From assembly GCA_963749075.1 (NCBI GenBank), contig CAVVLJ010000021.1, positions 1 through 64,000 of the forward strand: a stretch of DNA of 64,000 bases, given 5' to 3'. A program made the position numbers and the translations under genes. Positions 59,292-64,000 of the stretch are shown here, one piece after another. The stretch's first letter is position 1, and every line of letters starts with the position of its first letter. The stretch comes from an uncultured Pseudomonadota bacterium. GTDB taxonomy: Bacteria; Pseudomonadota; Alphaproteobacteria; JACZXZ01. The notes under the pieces were generated by a model, which saw only the letters and a list, made by a program, of their open reading frames with translations, was not told the origin of the DNA and made no database searches.

Positions 59292-59708
59292 TCAGCGGCC
59301 CGGCTTGCGGGCGCGCGTGCCCAAGCCGATTTCCTTGGCGAGCCGGCTGCGCTGCTTGGCGTAATTGGGCGCCACCATCGGATAGTCGCCCGCCAGGCCC
59401 CAGCGCTCGCGGTACTGCTCGGGCGTCAAATTGTACGCCGTCTTGAGATGACGCTTGAGCATCTTCAGCTTCTTGCCGTCCTCGAGGCAGACGATGAAAT
59501 CGGGGGTGACCGACTTCTTGATTGCCACCGCCGGCTGCGGCCGCTCGGGTGCCGCCTCGGCCGGCCGGTCGATGTCCAAGAGGCTTGCGTGGACCGATTT
59601 GATCAAGTTTGCCAAGTCCGTGACCGGGACCGTGTTCTTCGAGACGTGAGCGGCGACGATCTTCGCGGTCAAGGACAGAATTTCGTCGAGGTTCCTTTGC
59701 TCGGGCAT
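59292..59708 (-). CDS. mucR: Ros/MucR family regulator
   Basis: TAKIVAAHVSKN, CLEDGKKLKMLKRHL and YPMVAPNY motifs. Confidence 0.93.
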   Translation of the reverse strand: MPEQRNLDEILSLTAKIVAAHVSKNTVPVTDLANLIKSVHASLLDIDRPAEAAPERPQPAVAIKKSVTPDFIVCLEDGKKLKMLKRHLKTAYNLTPEQYRERWGLAGDYPMVAPNYAKQRSRLAKEIGLGTRARKPGR

Positions 59709-59794
59709 AATACTGGCTCCTCCGGCTTGCGCTCTTGTGTTTATAAATACTTCTACCTTGCCCGACAACCTCTTTGGAGCGTCGAAAAAAGTCT

Positions 59795-60283
59795 TCACTT
59801 TTCAGACGCTTGGACGTTGGGCCCGCGGCGCATGACGAGTGCATCGGCGCTTCGGCCATTCTCCCGATGGTAGTAGGCGGCGCGTCTGCCCGCGGCCGCG
59901 AATCCGGCGCGCTCGTAAAGCGCGCGCGCCGCGGCATTGTCCGCCGCGACCTCGAGAAAGACGGCTTCGGCTCCGAGTTTCGCCGCCTTTGCAAGTGCCG
60001 CCTCGAGGAGCGCCTTGGCGACACCTTGCCGTCGGATTGCCGGCAGCACGGCAAATGTCAGGATTTCGCACTCGCCGCCGGCAGCGCGGCAAAGGATGAA
60101 GCCGAGCGGCGCCGTCTCGGGCCGCGCGGCCCTAGCGCCGGCGGCGAGCAGGGCAAAGCTGCCGGGCCGTGTCAAGAGCTCGGCGAACGCCGCGGGCGGC
60201 CACGGCTCGGCGAAGGCCTCGGCATGAATGGCGGCGAGGAGCTCGGAGTGCGCGGCCTGCACTTCCATCACGCGGTGGCTCAT
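59795..60283 (-). CDS. rimI: RimI-like GNAT N-acetyltransferase
   Basis: EILTFAV..RRQGVA, FLEVAADN, LYERAGF and RRAAYY motifs. Coupled to tsaB. Confidence 0.85.
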   Translation of the reverse strand: MSHRVMEVQAAHSELLAAIHAEAFAEPWPPAAFAELLTRPGSFALLAAGARAARPETAPLGFILCRAAGGECEILTFAVLPAIRRQGVAKALLEAALAKAAKLGAEAVFLEVAADNAAARALYERAGFAAAGRRAAYYHRENGRSADALVMRRGPNVQASEK

Positions 60284-60957
60284 GGCGCTGCCGCGCTGGG
60301 AGCCGATACGCTGGGCGGCCGGAGATAGAGCGGGGCGGGCGGCTCCGCCCGCGCCTCTCCGGCACGGCATGCCGCGAGGGCCGCCACCACTGCGGCATCG
60401 ATGTGCGCGGCCGTGGAGGCGAGGCCCACGTCGCGGCCGGCGGCCGCCAGCGCCGCGCACGCGCGCGCAGCGCCGTCGCCTGCGAGGAGGAGAGGTGCAG
60501 TACCGCTCCACGCCGCGATCCCGCTCGGCTCCAAGGCCACACCCGGGCCTGCCGGCTCGAGAGTCTCGCTGAAGGCCTGCACGAAGAGCTCGTCGCGCTT
60601 GCTCTCGATGACGGCGAGGAGGCGCCTGCCTTTGCGCTCCGCCGGGCGCGTGCCATGGGCGACGGCCGCGAAGCTGGTGATGCCGAGCATCGGGCGCGAG
60701 GCGGCGAGCGCCAGCCCGCGCAGCGTTGCCAAGCCGACGCGCACGCCGGTAAAGCCGCCCGGGCCGGTGGTGGCGGCGAAGAGATCGACCGCGGCGAGCG
60801 CCGTGCCGGCTTCCGCCGTCACCTCGAGAAGGAGCGGAAGCAGACGCTCGGCGTGGCCGCGCGGCATCGCCTCCAAGCGCCGCGCCCGGATGGCGCCGTC
60901 GGCCCAGAGGGCTGCGGAGCACGCGGCTCCCGAAGAGTCGAGGGCGAGGATCCTCAT
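60280..60957 (-). CDS. tsaB: tRNA threonylcarbamoyladenosine biosynthesis protein TsaB
   Basis: ILALDSS, GHAERL, GPGGFTGVRVG and PLYLRPP motifs. Confidence 0.93.
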   Translation of the reverse strand: MRILALDSSGAACSAALWADGAIRARRLEAMPRGHAERLLPLLLEVTAEAGTALAAVDLFAATTGPGGFTGVRVGLATLRGLALAASRPMLGITSFAAVAHGTRPAERKGRRLLAVIESKRDELFVQAFSETLEPAGPGVALEPSGIAAWSGTAPLLLAGDGAARACAALAAAGRDVGLASTAAHIDAAVVAALAACRAGEARAEPPAPLYLRPPSVSAPSAAAP

Positions 60958-61019
60958 CGCCGCCGCGCCGTGCTAGAGAGACGAGCCAGATCAAGCTGCC
61001 GCCAGCCGAGGCCCGCCCC

Positions 61020-61571
61020 ATGATTCTCGTGCCGATCACCGAAGAGAGCCATCGCGTGACATTCTCGCTCGCCTATGCGACCGCGGCGAACTTCACCGGC
61101 CGGCCCATCTATCGACGGGCGGCGTGCTATCTCCATCCGCACGCGGCGGCAGCACTCGGCCGCGCCGTCGAGCTCGCCGCAGCGCTCGGCCTCCGCCTCA
61201 AGGTCTTCGATGCCTTCCGCCCCAGCGAGGCGCAGTGGGCGATGTGGGCTCATACGCCCGACCCCGAGTTTCTCGCCGACCCGCGGCGCGGCTCGCCCCA
61301 TTCGCGCGGCGTCGCCGTCGATTTGACGCTCGCCGATGGCGGCGGCGCCGAGCTCGAGATGGGCACGCCGTTCGATGCCTTCACCGAACGCTCCCATCAC
61401 GGCAGCCCGGCGGTGTCGCCGGCCGCCCAGCGCAACCGCCATCTCCTTCTCGGCCTGATGAGCGCCGCCGGCTGGGACTTCTACAGGAATGAATGGTGGC
61501 ATTACCAGCTGTTCGGCGCGCGCGGCTATCCCCTCATCTCCGACAGCGCGCTCGCGCAGCCGATGATGTGA
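61020..61571 (+). CDS. ddpX: D-alanyl-D-alanine dipeptidase (VanX/DdpX family)
   Basis: YATAANFTG, FDAFRP, SPHSRGVAVDLTL, MGTPFD and EWWHY motifs. Confidence 0.92.
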   Translation: MILVPITEESHRVTFSLAYATAANFTGRPIYRRAACYLHPHAAAALGRAVELAAALGLRLKVFDAFRPSEAQWAMWAHTPDPEFLADPRRGSPHSRGVAVDLTLADGGGAELEMGTPFDAFTERSHHGSPAVSPAAQRNRHLLLGLMSAAGWDFYRNEWWHYQLFGARGYPLISDSALAQPMM

Positions 61572-61581
61572 GGCGCGGGCC

Positions 61582-62631
61582 TCAGCCGTCATTGAACACC
61601 ACGCGCGTCACCACGCCGTCCGCGAGCCGGGCATCGTCGAGATCCGCAAGCGCGTTCGCCCGCATGACGCGGCGGAGCTCGCGCACGTAGAGAGCGCCGC
61701 GCGAGGAGTAGCGTTGGATGAGGCCCGCGAGCTTGTAGCCGTCGAGCCGCTCGTCGTGCGCGCGCTCGGCCGCGCGCAGCTCGCGGAATTTGCCGTAGGC
61801 GGCGGAGCCGTTGAGGTTCTGCGCATAGGCGCGCACCGCGTCGAGGAGGTGGTCGAAGGCACGGAGATGCTGCGCGCCGTGCCGCGTGGTGCCGGCCGGC
61901 ACGCGGGCGCCCGGCTCGTCCGCGGTGAACTGGCCAAAGAGCGCATTCGCGGCGTTTGCCGGGTGGGAGGTTCCCCAGCCGGTCTCGAGCGCCGCCTGGG
62001 CGAGGGCGAGCGAGGGGGGAACGATGTCGACGCGGCCGAGCAGATCGTCGAGCTCGTCGGGCTTGCCGCCGTACTGAGCGGCGAGGCGGATGAGCCAGTC
62101 GTGCTCGCTGAGCGTCAATGCGCCGCCGGACTCGAGATGCGCGCTCAGCGCCAGAAGGAGATGGCGCTCCTCGAGGATATTCTCGTTGACCGCGAGGACG
62201 AGGGGCAGGACGAGCTGGAAGAAGAGGGTCTTGCGCTGCGCGCTGCCATCGAGGGCGCGGAAGTCGGGCGGCAGCTTGGCCACGATGACGCGCGGCACCG
62301 CGATGGCGCCCTTTGCGTCGAGGCGATAGTCGAGGCGGCGGAACTCGCCGTCCAGGGCCGCGGCATCCTCGAGCGCCACCGTGCGCGCGACGCTCGGCGA
62401 CCATCTCGTGCCGCGCCGCGCGAAGGGGGCGTAAAGCGCATCGCCTGGCTGGGCCGCGCCGTCATCGCTGCCGGGAAGGGAGACGCGCGTGGCCTCGATG
62501 AAGGCGGCGCCGAGCGAGCCCGCCAGCTCGGCCGCCTGGCCGCAAGGGGCGAAGGCTGCGCTCATTGCCAGCGGCGCCATGCCGAGGAGCGCACGCTCGA
62601 GCGGCTTCAGTCTCAAGGTCCGCGTTGCCAT
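61582..62631 (-). CDS. Bax-like GH73 glucosaminidase-domain protein
   Basis: RKTLF..LPL, PPSLALAQAALETGWGTS, LFGQ, NLN and RYS..G..Y motifs, with an N-terminal signal. Confidence 0.82.
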   Translation of the reverse strand: MATRTLRLKPLERALLGMAPLAMSAAFAPCGQAAELAGSLGAAFIEATRVSLPGSDDGAAQPGDALYAPFARRGTRWSPSVARTVALEDAAALDGEFRRLDYRLDAKGAIAVPRVIVAKLPPDFRALDGSAQRKTLFFQLVLPLVLAVNENILEERHLLLALSAHLESGGALTLSEHDWLIRLAAQYGGKPDELDDLLGRVDIVPPSLALAQAALETGWGTSHPANAANALFGQFTADEPGARVPAGTTRHGAQHLRAFDHLLDAVRAYAQNLNGSAAYGKFRELRAAERAHDERLDGYKLAGLIQRYSSRGALYVRELRRVMRANALADLDDARLADGVVTRVVFNDG

Positions 62632-62793
62632 GAATATCCTTTCAGGCGGGTGGTCTCAGGCGAGTTGTCCGGAGGGGGGATGGCGGAGCGCCGCTAGGCG
62701 CGCGTCGCACCGGGCCCGCGCGCGGCAAGGCTGCCGCGCGGCAATCGGGCGCTGGCGGAATTCAATTGGAAACGGGTTCCGGCCGGGCGCTGG

Positions 62794-63345
62794 TCAAACC
62801 GCCCGCACCTCGACGACCTCGGGCAGATAGTGTCTCAGCATGTTCTCGATGCCGGCCTTGAGCGTCGCCGTCGAGCTCGGGCAGCCGGAGCAGGAGCCCT
62901 GCATGTGCAGGTAGACGACGCCGTCCTCGAAGCCGTGGAAGATGATGTCGCCGCCATCCTGCGCCACCGCCGGGCGCACGCGCGTGTCGATGAGCTCGCG
63001 GATCTGGGCGACGACCTCGCTCTCCTCGCCGGCCGCAACCCCGGCGCTGCCTTCGGAGGGCGCCAGGATGGTGGGCGCGCCCGAGGTGAAGTGCTCCATG
63101 ATGGCACCCAGGATCGCCGGCCTGAGGAGCTGCCACTCGCGGTCCGCCGCCTTGGTCACCGTGACAAAGTCGGTGCCCAGGAACACGCCGGACACCCCAC
63201 CGATTTGAAACAAGCGTTCCGCCAAAGGCGAGCGGTCCGCCGTCTCGGCGGTGGGAAAGTCGGCCGTACCCGAGGCCATGACTTCGCAGCCCGGGAGGAA
63301 TTTGAGGGTCGCGGGATTCGGAGTCTGCTCGGTTTGAATGAACAT
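62794..63345 (-). CDS. nfuA: NifU/Nfu-type Fe-S carrier
   Basis: MFIQTEQTPNPATLKF, RVRPAVAQDGGDI and GSCSGCPSS motifs. Confidence 0.93.
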   Translation of the reverse strand: MFIQTEQTPNPATLKFLPGCEVMASGTADFPTAETADRSPLAERLFQIGGVSGVFLGTDFVTVTKAADREWQLLRPAILGAIMEHFTSGAPTILAPSEGSAGVAAGEESEVVAQIRELIDTRVRPAVAQDGGDIIFHGFEDGVVYLHMQGSCSGCPSSTATLKAGIENMLRHYLPEVVEVRAV

Positions 63346-63482
63346 TCCGCTACCTATATAATCGGCGCCACGCCGAGTTAGATAGCGCGGGCGTGCTGGA
63401 AGATCAAGCGGACCATGATATATGCGTAGGCTCGCAGCACGGCGCCAGCGCCGATCGAGCGGTCCGGTCCAGGAGAATCCCC

Positions 63483-64000
63483 ATGAGCGAGGTGGCGCCG
63501 CGCCCCGCCGTTGACGCAGTGCTCCGGCGCTTGTCGCTGCCCGAGCCGATCGAATGGCTCCTGCTCGAGGGCCGCCGCATTCCCGATGGCCGGGTCTTCT
63601 TCGGCGCGCTCTGCGAGCGCCTGGTCGCAGCGGGCCTGCCGCTGTGGCGCGCCAATCTCTCGGTGCGCGTGCTCCACCCGCAGCTCAGCGCCGTGAACTA
63701 CGTCTGGCTGCGCGGGGCGCCGGTCGAGCGCATCGACCGCGAGCGCGGTGCCGAGCGGAGCGACGGCTATCTGGCGAGCCCGATCCGCGTCATCTACGAG
63801 GGCGCCTCCGCCTTGCGGCGCCGCCTCGATGTGGCCGAGCCGCAGCTCGATTTCCCGATTCTCGGGGAGCTGCGCGCCGCCGGCGCCACCGATTACGTGG
63901 CGATGGCGCTGCCGGACATGGAGGATCGGCCGGCCGCGATCACCTGGGCATCGGACCGGCCCGGCGGCTTCCCGGTCGAGCATCTGACGCTGCTCTACGA
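63483..64000 (+). CDS. Probable adenylate/guanylate cyclase-family protein, N-terminal part (runs off the window edge)
   Basis: Manual translation: IEWLL..LCERLVAAGLPLWR..RVLHPQ..YLASP..DFPILGELRAAGATDY..DRPGGF, the N-terminal module usual in alphaproteobacterial class III cyclases. AGGAG RBS. The catalytic domain would lie outside the window. Confidence 0.75.
   Translation, partial: MSEVAPRPAVDAVLRRLSLPEPIEWLLLEGRRIPDGRVFFGALCERLVAAGLPLWRANLSVRVLHPQLSAVNYVWLRGAPVERIDRERGAERSDGYLASPIRVIYEGASALRRRLDVAEPQLDFPILGELRAAGATDYVAMALPDMEDRPAAITWASDRPGGFPVEHLTLLY

Overview
This window is alphaproteobacterial chromosomal DNA that appears to consist of two unrelated pieces. Segment A (1 to ~5088) is visibly lower in GC and rich in frameshifts. 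It carries metF (partial), an ArsR-methyltransferase (SahR-like) regulator with its palindromic operator, mlaA, mlaC and secD. It is joined abruptly to the 3' tail of a PIN/VapC gene that begins segment B. Segment B (~5089-64000; very high GC, Rhodospirillales-like gene order) opens with an accessory patch: GMC oxidoreductase, CynX-type MFS, short-chain ChrA pair, HAD hydrolase, serine hydrolase, FAD oxidase with LysR, and an RHH-MNT/HEPN toxin-antitoxin pair. A long core block follows: gyrB-recF-dnaN-dnaA-rpsT, mutM, ubiE-ubiB-coaBC-dut-Rrf2-cysK-moeB, a zeta-like ATPase, gyaR, an SH3 protein, rubrerythrin/Fe-S oxidoreductase/DUF3501 next to irr, a FabX-like flavoprotein, ugpQ, pnp-rpsO-truB-rbfA-infB-nusA-rimP, trmB-metK, lnt-corC-ybeY-phoH-miaB-olsA-olsB-fur-mucR-rimI-tsaB, ddpX, a GH73 enzyme, nfuA and a partial cyclase. 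I saw no rRNA, tRNA, CRISPR, integrase or transposase, and I cannot support a wholly new multi-gene system. The best leads are: (1) a FabX/UfaA-like enzyme in the usual fabA-fabB slot beside irr; (2) a CymR-like Rrf2 regulator ending in the CysK-docking tail DYVI; (3) an RHH-fused MNT antitoxin with its own operator; (4) a dispersed ~100-bp double-hairpin repeat; (5) an Irr-boxed aerobic rubrerythrin operon; and (6) frameshifts that repeatedly duplicate the methylated base of GANTC sites.
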